DNA of 64,000 nucleotides, counting the filler, from Sphacelaria rigidula (taxonomy: Eukaryota), in assembly GCA_964200075.2 (NCBI GenBank). It is 4 parts of 4 records of this genome, joined end to end, with 100 filler letters (N's around TTAATTAATTAA, not from the genome) between each part and the next. Parts side by side here need not be neighbours in the genome. Positions count along the whole stretch, not along the records: positions 32,153 to 48,118 come from CAXNAA020001536.1; positions 48,219 to 64,000 come from CAXNAA020001595.1; 2 more parts are not named here. One strand, written 5' to 3'. Below are positions 40,401-51,540 of the stretch, in pieces. The position numbers and the translations under genes are program-made. The notes beneath the pieces are model-generated. The model did not search any database, was not told where the DNA came from, and saw only the letters and a program-made list of their open reading frames with translations. How positions within the stretch are numbered: the first letter of the stretch is position 1; every line of letters begins with the position of its first letter.

Positions 40401-41313
40401 CCGCAAGAAAAGTAAAAGCCGGCACAGGGATGGGGAAGGGCGCGAGCGAAGGCGATCAACGAAGAACAATGAGCAAGAGACATCAGTTGCCATGAAAAGC
40501 AGCGATGAGGCCTCCTCGACCGATGACGACGATGAAGATGCAGAGGTGCAGTGCCTCCATAGGTTCATACATAGCAGGACAATACAGCGGTCGGTTGCGG
40601 GAAGAATCTCCATACCTACACGTTTCCCGCCGCGGGTCGCGATCAGCTTGGCTAGTTTCCCTTTACTTAATGCTGCAGCCTATTTAGGGAGGTCGTATCT
40701 TGGCTTGCAACTTCAGCGATGTTCCGCAGCTGCCTTCACATGTTGCCGTATCTTCTGCTGTCGATGCCTTTTTTCGTTCGCTCACTTTTCAATGCCATTA
40801 GTTATGCGATATCAGCGTTTGTGTTCGCTCCTGCAGAACTCGTGAGTCACATTCCTTGCCTTGTTTCGTTGTGTCCTTATATGGTCTTATCACTTGAAGC
40901 TCTGCGACAGGCCTGCCGTTTTTGTTCTTTCAAGGGGCCGGTAGCATAGATATTAGTTAGCTTGGCGCTTATTTTTACTCGTCTGCAGTTTACCCTGTGC
41001 TCACCTCGTTCTTCATGCTCCTGTATCCCATCTTGCGTCGACGGCCGCATTCGTGGCGGTTGAGTTGACGTCAGACAAACGATTATCGAAAACTATCTCT
41101 CGAAGGGAAAGGTGCACGGGTGTGTATATTATTTCATGTTGCTTGCCAGGTCCCCATGAGGTGCACATATTTGCATAATCTACGTACCACCCACGCCGTC
41201 CGCCTGTGCCGATGCAGGTGAAAGATGGAGTAGACGTCGAGGAGGCCCTTCGACTGAAGGCCCTCGCTGCAATGGCGGTCAAGAAGAGCCAACGTGAACA
41301 AGGGGACACCTGA
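34470..41313 (+). CDS. SRRM1: PWI-domain splicing coactivator, SRRM1/SRm160-like, 9 exons, ~383 aa
   Basis: Exons 34470-34503, 34741-34817, 35306-35428, 35912-36082, 38319-38407, 38602-38779, 39210-39310, 40263-40545, 41218-41313, all phase-consistent. MSSGFFRGTNTEQDSRW..., VMQRWITQRITSLLGFEDDIVV, LQLQLTGFLEK..FMEELWGLLVDAQ..GIP; a Lys/Arg/Ser-rich tail; C-terminal EEALRLKALAAM. Two donors are GC. Confidence 0.9.
36357..38225. mobile_element. TIR element with internal ACAGAA...CGGGTA..GTATG subrepeats in SRRM1 intron 4, interrupted by a nested insertion
   Basis: CCAAGGTTGTGTTCTGTAGGG at 36357 and CCCTACAGAACACAACCTTGG ending 38225; subrepeats on both sides of 36618-37712. Confidence 0.75.
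36618..37712. mobile_element. ~1.1-kb non-autonomous repeat (family A) with internal hairpin
   Basis: Inverted homologue at 42888-44245; internal inverted arms ~36655-36745 and ~36838-36928. Confidence 0.75.
39349..39786. mobile_element. PIF/Harbinger-like MITE in SRRM1 intron 7
   Basis: TCA|GGCTACTTCTCATGTATCGAAAA ... TTTTCGATTCATAAGAAGTAGTC|TCA: long TIRs and a 3-bp TSD; second copy at 43722-44047. Confidence 0.8.
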
Positions 41314-41502
41314 ACACACAACAATTCTTTCCTGCAACTCTCACAGCATACACATGTAGTGGGCGTGATTACCGATGAGAACAAGTCGTGACAACCACGT
41401 CATATTGCTGTGGACTACTACAGTGCTCCTCGTACGTGCCCAAATTGCCTCGACGTGTGCTCGCGTTTACTAACGCGGCAGCTGGTGCATACTGCTTGTA
41501 TT

Positions 41503-44500
41503 TCAGCGCAGCTCCACCCTCAATTGGTCTGCCACAGCCCCACGCACTTGGTCCTGCATCTGGTCGACTTGCTCATTGGTTAGTGAGCGATCCATAGATC
41601 GATATATGATGCGGAAGCAGACACTCCTGCGGCCAGTTTTCGGGTGCACGAAGTCGTCCAGCAACTGGATCTGTGGGACAACACGGCAGTGAGGAGGAAG
41701 CAAAAGCGAGGGCGGGGGGAGCAAAAGCGAGGGTGGGGAAGATCGATCGAGTGTCAATCAGCCTTTTTGGACCCCACCACGTGTTAGTCCTACATTCATG
41801 CAGTATTGGCAAGTTTTGTTTTTCGCCCGTGGTGCTGAAGTAATCACATGAGCAGAGGGCAAAGCGATCGAGCGGCAAGCGGAAGAAAACGTGTACTTTT
41901 TTTGTTCACCCAGGGAAAGCGTGCCGAGGGTAGCAAATACCTCATTCATTAAGGATGATTTTCTACAGGAGGTGAACAAAGAACGCAAGTAGTGTTGCAG
42001 CGACCTGCGTCCGCCCGGGGTTAAAATTACTTCATTATAGTCGGAAAACGACGGGAAGTGGTGGATTATTCGTTATTTTGATTTTCGACTAGGGGAAAAG
42101 TCTTGAAACGTGCCCCTGCAGACATTCCAACACTCGAAGCAAAACAAACCCACCAAATGAACACAAACCAACCAGCAGCTGGGAGACAAGGGGAACCGCA
42201 AATACGCAACGACCGCAATATGCAGCAATGGCAAGGCATCAATGGCAACGTCTGCCACTTGCTGTCTTTCTTCCCCCTAGCCTGGCAGCAGCGTAGCCGC
42301 CAGCAACAACTCCTCACACCTCACGCAAACTGGTGCAAACATGCACTCGGTTGGAATGCCTCTCGGCATACAAGCCGTACTGACTGTCCTGCATTCGACT
42401 ATCTTCCTGTCTTGGCTCGCGACCATGTTGACAAGATACGTCGCTGCTGCCCTGGTATATCAAGCTCGGAATTTTTGTCCCGCCTCGTCCTCACGAGAAA
42501 ACGTGTACGAGGTGAGCCAGCGTAGAAACGGAAGCTCTCGAAGCAATAACTCATCGACACAGACGAGTCGAGCCATGATCCGCATAGTGACAATGTTTCC
42601 GGGATATTTGAGAGTGAAAAGCGCTCAGCTAGTGAATGAATCATTTCAGTTCCGAAATGATCCTCCACGAGGCCCGATATTTTTTCTGTAGTAACTAGCC
42701 ATTGAGGCCATTGATATTCCTTAGTAGGATATCGCCGTGTAGCTGTGAGTACACGGTAGTGATGGAGGCAAAGAAAAACACACCGAATGAAGAATTGGCT
42801 AAGTTGAAGCAAAACATCAAAGCCACTCTCAATCCGCGCTCTACTCTATCTCACGAAAACGTTATTTTTGTATTAATCGTCTAACAAGGGGAAGGTGCCC
42901 ATCTGCTCAAAAGTCTACACCATACCAACATCTAAACGAAACCCCGATCGATGCATCATTCCGCGGATGACAAAATTTGGTGTGGACATTCCCTGGAGCA
43001 CGGCGAGGTCATAGATACTTTCGCCTTCACCTTCGTCATCTATCTCGATATGGCGCACCTAATTTTTATCCTAAAATCAATATATTACGAGCAGAGGCAC
43101 TCGATGAACTAAATCTGGATATCGCGTCTCAGTTTTTGAGAGTCATGCTATGAAATTTCGTATGGAGAACCACTAGCGCAATCAAGCTCAAAACAACAGC
43201 TTTCTATATATTTTTCGTTTTTCAGTCATATATTTTTTTCAAGTCGGGTTTTAGGCCAGTTTAAAGGAGAAATGAACACTGCTCTTCGGCCGCATCAATT
43301 TTTTACCTCAATTTTAAAATTGTGATTTGAAACTCAGCATGGGAAACCACAGAGGTATATGCTGAATAAAATGAAATAAAAATGAGCCTTCACTTTTGTT
43401 TTTAGAGAGGTTCCGGTGTTCTCGAAAAAAAATGGTCGTTACGATACTAAAACGCCCTAAAAGTGGAAATAAATAAATAAATACCAAACGTGCCCCACTT
43501 CTTTTGGTTCACAAAATTTCAATACACAAACAACAAACGTGGGCGGTAAGTGGCCTGCAAAATACTCTTCCGAATTCCTACCGACCCCGATACTGAACGG
43601 CCCATTTCATTTGCCGGCCAATATCAAGAGGTGGACTCTGGAATTAGTTATGGACAATCGATAGGGCACAGTGAAAAAAATTACGCGTGTACCCAAGTAT
43701 TTTTTTCTTTCTCAAGAGTGAGGCTACTTCTTGTGTATCAAAAAAAAAACTCGTTGAGAAGTGCATTTTTGACCCTTATCCAATGTTGACATCTTGGAAT
43801 GCCTTGCTTTACTCGCTGAGACGGTTCCGGAGCACCGTTGCGTTTCCCGTGGGTCACAGTTTCGATTTTGGCCAAACTTGCATTTTCAGTAACAAACGGT
43901 CAACTTATAAAAAAACACTACGGAAAATGCAACGGTGCTCTGGAATGGCCTCAGCGAGTAGAGCGAGTCATTCCAAGGTGTCAACATCCACTTAGCCAAA
44001 AATGCACTTCTCAACAAGTTTCATTTTTGTATACATGAGAAGTAAACTTACGGGCAATAATCGATTTCAGGTATCAGTGAAATGCCCTTGACTCGTGAAA
44101 AAAAAAAATCAAGTACACGCAAAGTTTTCTTCCATTTTTTGCCCTATTTATTGTCCATACCAAATTCCAGGGTCCAACTCTAAATATTGGCCAACGAATG
44201 GGCCTGCAAACTATAAATCCGCCTCGAGGCTGGCCCAGCTCGTATCGTCGCGGAGATTCTCGTCGCGTCACATCCTCCAGTTTTTTTTAATATCATTTAC
44301 TGCTGTTTGAAACCCTTCAAGGGCAAGTGGGATGGGGTATACACGATATTTTGGTATTTTTGATGCGTCGCACGTGACCTGCCTCAGTCAGTCACAATGA
44401 CTTGTATAAGCCTTAAAAAAGAGAACATACGCACTGGGCTAGCTGCTGCTGTGGGCATGGGTCGAATCTCCACTTTTCAAAACACCACAATATCGGGTAT

Positions 44501-47500
44501 ACCCCACCCGACCTACCCTTTAACCCCTCCCCTTCCTCGGGACGAGTTCGTGGTCTCAAGGGATCAACCCATCTCTCCCCGATACGCGTCTTGCGTTTTG
44601 GTCTCGCGGATTGGGTCAGCACTCCCGCTCCGCGTCATCTCTCGTCAACCAAACTCCGTCACGCACGTTTTGTTTGATCACGTACTCACGGTTTCGACCG
44701 TGGAAATCAAGTACTTCGGCAAAAAACCCAACGCATCGGGGAATGAACCCACTTTCTCTCCACCCTAATGGCAACAGTTGTACCATTGCACCACCAGGGT
44801 AATGTCAAGACAGGGGGTACCATGTGTTGTCCTGCATAAGACCGACTCTAATAGGAGTCGTTTAAATTACATTTTTTACGGGTAGTAACAACAACCACTT
44901 TTATCAGAGAAAATCGTGACGATTTTGAACAAACGTGACCCCCACAATTTTGAACGGGTCCTAAATTTCGGCCAGGCGCTCAAAATAAGGAGACGATTCT
45001 GAACGCTTGAGGACCTGTTCAAATTTTGGGACAAGAAAAACGGGACATGTCATCTTTGAGTGTGCTATAGCACGCACACACGACTGTGTCATGTGCTGCA
45101 CCTGTCACTGCACTGTCGTGTGTTTGGACCTTGCGAAAATTGTCGAGTCTCTGCTGGAATTACCTGAGCTGATGTACTGCTGTTGTGTTCCGCTCAACTG
45201 CAGTCGGTAGCCAGTGCTGTCTTGTCGGAGTTGAAAATGGTGGATAATATGTGTTCGTTGGATGTTATGTCTTTCGCAACAAGGTCCTTGGTGCGCAGAC
45301 GGAATATTCCTACCCTGTAGCTGCCACGAGTAGTGTGCTGTCCTGCAAAGACAGTTCAATCTGCGCTGAGGATTGCCTGAAATCCTGTACCGTTTGTGTG
45401 TCCCGGTTAGTAGTATAGTACCCAAGTCTAGACCCTGCCGAAAGCGCCACCATCATGGTGTGTTGGATGCGTTGTGTCATTTGTATAACCCACAATGCCA
45501 TTCGTGCCCACATCCATCATTTCTATGCTGTAGTTGTCGCTCTACTAAAAGTAGTACGCTTGAATAATACGAACACGGTTTGATCTAAGCTTGAGAGTGC
45601 GTGAGATGTTGTACTGCCGCTGGCCCGGTCTGTACAGAATCGGGGTGGGAACAAAATGCTTTTGACACAAAGTTGGAAAAGTCACGTGATGGCTGTGCAG
45701 CCGTTATGTCTTCTTTGGGTGCTGTTGTACAGAAGGTGTATAACTCCTCGGTCACGCCAACTTCAATGGATATGTACAACTACAACTTTATGCCATGAAA
45801 ATGTATTTTTTGGTCTTCGTTCAGAACCGCGACGAAATTTTGATTTTTTTTTTCGAATGGCTCCCATTAGAATCGGCCCGAAATACGTATACCGAGCGTC
45901 GGATGTTGTGCCGGCGATTATTCTTTGCTTTGCCGACGAAAATAATGCCTGATGATATATAACAACTAACTTGAGTCGAAGCATAGCAAGAACAAGCTGC
46001 TTCCCACTGCGAGTTGATTCAATTGATTGATGCTCCGTGGTACATTTGATCTCATTTGCTTTTCGCGATTCATGTAACCATTAACCTCTGTTCTAACGGT
46101 ACAGACAGTGCACAGTGTGTGAAGGGGCTGAAACAAGCGGGGAGCTTCGAAAGCCGCCGAAATATATTTCAAGGGCAAAGATTTGAACTACGCCCCGAAG
46201 ATTTCTTCGATATCTCGTTTGAATGGATGTGAAGGGGCTAAAATAAGCGGGGAGCTTCGAAAGCCGCCGAAATTCCTTTCAGGAGCAAATATTCGAACTA
46301 CGCCCCGAAGATTTCTTCAATCTCACGTTGGAATGGACGGGATTTCCCTTTCTGTTTGGTACCGTGACGAGAGGACGGGAAATAAGCACAGAGTTCTCGT
46401 AAGGACGGGACGAGACGGATTTGCCGTAACCTCAAACATGACGGGACGGAGCGGGTCGTTTTTCTCGTTCTATGAAACGATAGGACGAGACATGAAATTT
46501 GATACATTCTCGGGACAGAATGAGACGGGAAGTCCGCCCCTGTAAAAGCGACCGGATGAGAAAACACCCGTCCCGACCCGCAGGTCTTCCCTTGACATCT
46601 TTCCCTCGTGAAAAGTCCTGCTTATGAGTATGTACATGGTTGGTTTCCATCATGCGCGTCATCCTCTGCACTAGCGACCAGCCAACAAAACGCGTATTTC
46701 GTCATTCGTGCGGATGGGGCCCAGAAGGATTGAAAAAGTAAAGTCGTGTGCAACACGGAGAGCGAAGATCGCCAAGGGCATACTTTTGTTTTGATCACGT
46801 TTTGTCATTCCTCACCTCTTCCACGAGGTCGCCGGCGATATTCCGCACAACTTCGAACAAATCGTTGTTGTGAAACACGGTTATGTCTGGAAGCCAGAAA
46901 CTGATGTCCTTGAAGCATGGTGGATACTTGCTGTATGCTTTGAAGGTAGAAATTTCCCCTGCCTGCGACATAGATGAACATTTTCACCCACAAAAAAAGA
47001 GGCAAGACGTGAAAATACGTGAGAAAAATGATGTTTGCCTGGCTGTGGCCAGCAGTAGTAAGAAGCGCAACGTTCGTCATGGGCACTGCTTGTACACACA
47101 TCGTGCTCCTAAGCGAAATGATAGGGCTGGGAACAGGACTGGGTACTGAACCAGTACACACCGGCAGTACTAATGGTATTGGCAGTGTACTGGTATTGGA
47201 TGAAGAGCAGCCAGTGCTGCAAGCACTCTCCCACTTACATAAGCTCCACTATAAAGCCTCATTCATCAACGCAACCGATCTAGTTGCGCCGCCAGTGTAG
47301 CCGAATTGATTTTTTTTGCTATAGTCAAGCCAAATAACGTAGAAATGCGCCTCCGGCGGGGCTTCGCCGCTGACCCAAGGTATTGTCAAGATCAAGTATA
47401 GTAGCCGGTTGGGCCAGCACCCAGTCCTAGAAAATGAACTACCCGGGCATGCTTATGTGAACAGGTACTCGGCAACCAAAAACGATTGGAGACACGAAAA

Positions 47501-47757
47501 CCCATAGTGGTCGCACGGTGCGATATGGCAACTGCGAAATTGATTGCTGCGTTTGTCCAGCATTTGCTCGCCTGAAACTGGTCTGAAAACCGGGGGTCCT
47601 CTGACCAAAACAAGCGGATGTCAGGAATCGAAAACAGCACCATCGCCAGTCGTTCCAATCCGAGGCCGAAAGCCCATGCGACTTCGCCTGTCCTGCCGGC
47701 GTTCTCCATGACCCCATCCTGAATGACTCCGCAACCCAGCACCTCCAGCCACTTGTC
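41503..47757 (-). CDS. FARS2: Organellar (monomeric, FARS2-type) phenylalanine-tRNA ligase, last three exons
   Basis: Exons 47757-47572 ([37 protein letters not shown]), 46962-46816 ([19 protein letters not shown]), 41670-41503 ([35 protein letters not shown]; ferredoxin-fold anticodon-binding domain). The 5' part is beyond the contig end. Confidence 0.95.
42888..44245. mobile_element. Family A repeat (inverted relative to 36618-37712) carrying a nested MITE at 43722-44047
   Basis: GGGGAAGGTGCCCATCTGCTCA... through ...GCTGGCCCAGCTCG matches the reverse complement of 36618-37712. Confidence 0.75.
46118..46337. repeat. Two-unit 110-bp tandem repeat in the last FARS2 intron
   Basis: TGTGAAGGGGCT..AAGCGGGGAGCTTCGAAAGCCGCCGAAAT..GAACTACGCCCCGAAGATTTCTTC..GAATGGA, present twice. 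Confidence 0.85.
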
Positions 47758-48048
47758 CTGAGAAAAGGAAAACACAAGCTTGAGGATCAAATGTGGAAGT
47801 GGCTAACACCCTCTGCCAACTGAATGCCTCACGCCTGCCGTGCGGTTCTCGTCATCAAGGGTGACGGCCTTACCGCTTTTAGCGCCCGACGGTCAACCTG
47901 CCTATATTTCCTTCCCGCTTTTGATTGAGAGACAACGCCTGCATTGACAAAACCGTTGCCATGCACATGCCACGCGCTATAGTACAGCCACTTGTGTATA
48001 GTAAGCAGGCGCCAGCGACATTGCCATCTCAAATTTTCAAATATTACA

Positions 48049-48070
48049 GTTATTATTATCATCATCAATA

Positions 48071-48118
<48 letters not shown>
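48049..48118. repeat. (TAT)n microsatellite at the contig end
   Basis: Directly visible. Confidence 0.9.
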
Positions 48119-48218
48119 NNNNNNNNNNNNNNNNNNNNNNNNNNNNNNNNNNNNNNNNNNNNTTAATTAATTAANNNNNNNNNNNNNNNNNNNNNNNNNN
48201 NNNNNNNNNNNNNNNNNN
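48119..48218. other. Artificial contig spacer
   Basis: N44-TTAATTAATTAA-N44. Confidence 0.97.
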
Positions 48219-48722
48219 TTATCGCCTTGTATTTCGAAGTGGTGCAAGTAGCGTGATTGTATGTTCATGATGGACGATATTTTCTTGGGATATCTCGCGA
48301 GTTGTTCGGAAGTGGGGCCAGCTTGTATGGAGCTGTTGTCGAAAGAAGCGGAAGAGATTGCTATTCTTTGCGGAAAACGAAAGTACTGTCAGGCAGCAAT
48401 GATGTCTGAGTTTGTCAAGCTTTGATGTAACTACTTGTTGGTAGTAGAGAGTTTTGGGGGTGCTGTAGACTCTAGCCACCATTGTTACCTGAGGTTAGGG
48501 TCATTGTGTAGATGGAGTTGCGGGTCTGATTGCCGGACTCTGTGATGGTGACCTCCATGATGTCAGGCTTAGTCTTGCTACTCTGGTGGAGAGAAACCAT
48601 GGTCCTGTTCTCCTGTACTATGCTGAGGGTCGATACATGAATAACTGAAGCTGCTGAAGTCCATGTGCCCGTGATGGGAAGAGTCCACATGGCGATCTGA
48701 TCTTGAGTGACAGAAGTCTACA
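48219..48722 (+). repeat. Right end of the LTR-like module (ends GACAGAAGTCTACA)
   Basis: Highly similar to 58510-59007 and 54890-55145; abuts the truncated protease-coding region at 48723. Confidence 0.8.
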
Positions 48723-50290
48723 TCGGGCACCTAAGCTACTGTGCACGTCAATGCCCAGCGTCTCCAGCGCAGGGCTCAAAATGGTTATCACATAATCTGT
48801 AGCCGACATGATCGCATATGAACCTGGGTCCAGCACAACCGGTCCCCAGCTGGTGTATAAAGCGGTTCGGACAGGGTAAGTTTTCTGGTTCACGTGCTAA
48901 ACATTGCCGTTAGCCAGTTTCACCAGCTGTTCACCAAACATGGTTGTGACCACTCGAACATCCGGAACCATAGCTTCTAATTTCGCCTCTACTACACCCA
49001 CTGACATGGTCGTAGTTCCGGATCCCGAGTCTAAAATGGCCTTGACCGGACAAGCGCCTTTTTCCCCTGCACTCAGTACAGATAAGTCGACGAGACACCA
49101 TCTTTCCTCTTTTTCTACGCGTATACCCTCAGATTTTAAACCTGATACCTCACCCGGTTTAAGCGATCTCCACGACAACATCGCCTCAGATGTCCAGCGC
49201 GGGACTGTTTCTCCTATTTCCCCCCATAGGGTCTGCTGTACTTCACCAGTAGAAATGACCGGTTTTGGTGGTAGCATCGCTCCACTGCTGCTGGTAGCAC
49301 CCTCTCCATCGGCTGGAAATACAGTCCTTGTAGCGGCAGGACACTTGCCCCCTCCTCGAGGCACCTGTCCAGGGCCCTGCGACAGCTGCTGCTTTTGTTG
49401 CTGCGTGTCGCCGGCCTTCGACTGCCCACCTGCAGTACGTTGTGGAGCAGCAGCTTGGCTTTTCTGCTTACAATCCTTCACGAAGTGGCACTTGTCTCCA
49501 CATGAGAAACAACCTGCATAGCTTGGATCCGGTTTTACAGATTTCCCGGAACTGACAGTCTCACTGCCAAAGGTCGCCTTTTTTCCACCACTCGGTTCGC
49601 GCTTGGACCCGGAGGTCCCGCTGCTGCCCTTCTGTTTCAGCTGCGGCTGGTGACGGCGCTGTTTATCGGCCGCTTGTACCGTCTTCCATTCCGCTGCTGC
49701 TTCCCGAGCTGTATCATACACGAGCCCAGCATTCTCTTCCCACCCCCCCTTCATGTGCAGCATGTTGAGCACTTTTGTCTTGAACTCAGGGCGGCACATG
49801 CCAGCGAGCAATTCCCGCGTAATTATTAGAGAGCAGGAAGTCTCGTCCTCGCGGAACGCGCGCTTGATGCTCACGTTTTCGGCAAGAAACTCCTCGAGGG
49901 TATCCCACTGTCCCTCGATTCTACCCATGGCAGTCAATTCGTTGCGAGCGGCCAACGCCTTCCGCACACTCGCTGCAGCAACTGAGGGATCGATTTCTAT
50001 ATCAATCCGAAATTTTGCATGTCGGCCTACTACCTCCTTCAGATGTTCATTATCGGGTACCGATCCGTCAAATACTCTACGTGACACACACACGCGAATG
50101 TGCTTGGGCACGAGTTCTGTCACGGTCGATGAAGCGGCCTGTACCGTCCGCCCCTCATTGCTCAATTGTACGGTCTGTTCGCAATCGCTATACTTTTTTT
50201 GAACCGTCTGGAGGCACCTCCGCTGAAATGCCGTCCGTACTCCGGTGCTTTGAGCGATCCCCCTGGCATAAGGTCAGTATATCTAAACGT
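48723..50290 (-). pseudogene. Disrupted gag-protease of a Ty3/Gypsy-like LTR retrotransposon
   Basis: ORF 50165-48897 contains a CCHC knuckle (CFSCGDKCHFVKDC) and the aspartic protease motif AILDSGS. A 1-nt frameshift in an A7 run near 50194-50200 separates the N-terminus; an in-frame TAG at 48897-48899 is followed by more protease-like sequence (..ILSPALETLGIDV) up to 48723. Confidence 0.85.
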
Positions 50291-50889
50291 CACCTCATCG
50301 CCTGCACCGCTCCCACCACGTTTCCTGCGCGCTGCCATTCTTCCTTAGTTAGCTGCACGCAGTGCTTCGAGCCAACGTAGCCATCCCTCTGTTTAACGAG
50401 CTGCAACGAGCTGCAACGAGCTGCCTCGGGTTACAGACTGCACACCTGTCTGCGTACAATACAAAAATGTTTTTGCAGAGACTGTCCGCAGCAGAAAAAA
50501 ACTTTGCCAGCAACCAGTAGATTCCCTGAATGAACGTTCATTATAGACCCCTCCTGAATTCAGAACAAGGTCACAAAAGTGCTCCAAGGGCTTCCTCCCT
50601 CATTAGGGCTTGAAGACTCCAAGACGGAGGTTGTTCACAAACACACAGTCTTTGTTACCGGAAGTAATCTTGCACCGCCTTGGACACATGTACGTTTAAG
50701 CAGTCATAGTCATTCGTCGGAGAACATCTCATGATCTGACATTATGATGCAAGCCTCACACCCAAACCCCCATGCATCTGTAACTCCTCATGCACCTGGT
50801 CGTGTACTGGACGTGGACTACTCTACAAAGCGAGCTTGCCATGAGAGACAAAGGCTCTGGTTGCTTGTGGCTGTCGGACCGGCCCAAAA

Positions 50890-51540
50890 TTGGGGACACA
50901 CCTTGCATGCTCACCGCTGCAAGGGGGTGTTATCTTCGTGGTGAGAGTTAGCAGAGAAAGCTCGGGGCTTGCGATGCTCAGGGCGAGCCTATCTGCCCCA
51001 GTAATCCGGTGGGAGTTTGTTCAGATGATTCGCAGGGGTGTCTGCTTGCAGGAAAAGTGGATGCCGGGTTGGCGGGTTTGGATCCGCTGTATTGCGTGGT
51101 GTTGCGGTGGTCACCCCGCATTGCTGTTTACATCGACAGCTTTGGCGTATTTGGCGGCAATGACGGAGGTGCCTCCACTATTGCACCGCGGGGTGTTTGA
51201 GGAGGGTAGTGTGCCATCAGGAGGTGTTGCTGTTCGGGACTGTGTAGCTGTTCCCGCTTCGCCTCTCGTTTTCTCTGTAAAACTGACTGAAGCACAGGTG
51301 TTCAGCATTGCCCAAGTATCTGTGGAGGCAGATGGCTTGTCGAAGTGGTTCGGTGGTGCGGAGATACCGCTTAGTGGCGAGCTGAGTGGCTCCACGAGGG
51401 TGCGAGCTGAAGCTGGACTCATGGCGCGAGGAGCGAGTCTTCGAGTGGAAACGCTGCTCTACCCTGTGCACGAGGTCGTGGTTCGACTGCTGCTGTTTCT
51501 CAGGAGCGGGCTGGAGGACTACAAACAAGGCATTACCTGA
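50890..51540 (+). CDS. Hypothetical ORF inside the LTR-like module (copy 1)
   Basis: 216 open codons, homologous to ORF 56195-57025 with the same C-terminus LLFLRSGLEDYKQGIT*. No recognised domain; start uncertain. Confidence 0.3.
   Translation: MGTHLACSPLQGGVIFVVRVSRESSGLAMLRASLSAPVIRWEFVQMIRRGVCLQEKWMPGWRVWIRCIAWCCGGHPALLFTSTALAYLAAMTEVPPLLHRGVFEEGSVPSGGVAVRDCVAVPASPLVFSVKLTEAQVFSIAQVSVEADGLSKWFGGAEIPLSGELSGSTRVRAEAGLMARGASLRVETLLYPVHEVVVRLLLFLRSGLEDYKQGIT

Noticed and set aside
48904-49521. 205-aa plus-strand ORF
   Set aside because: Antisense shadow of the gag-protease ORF.
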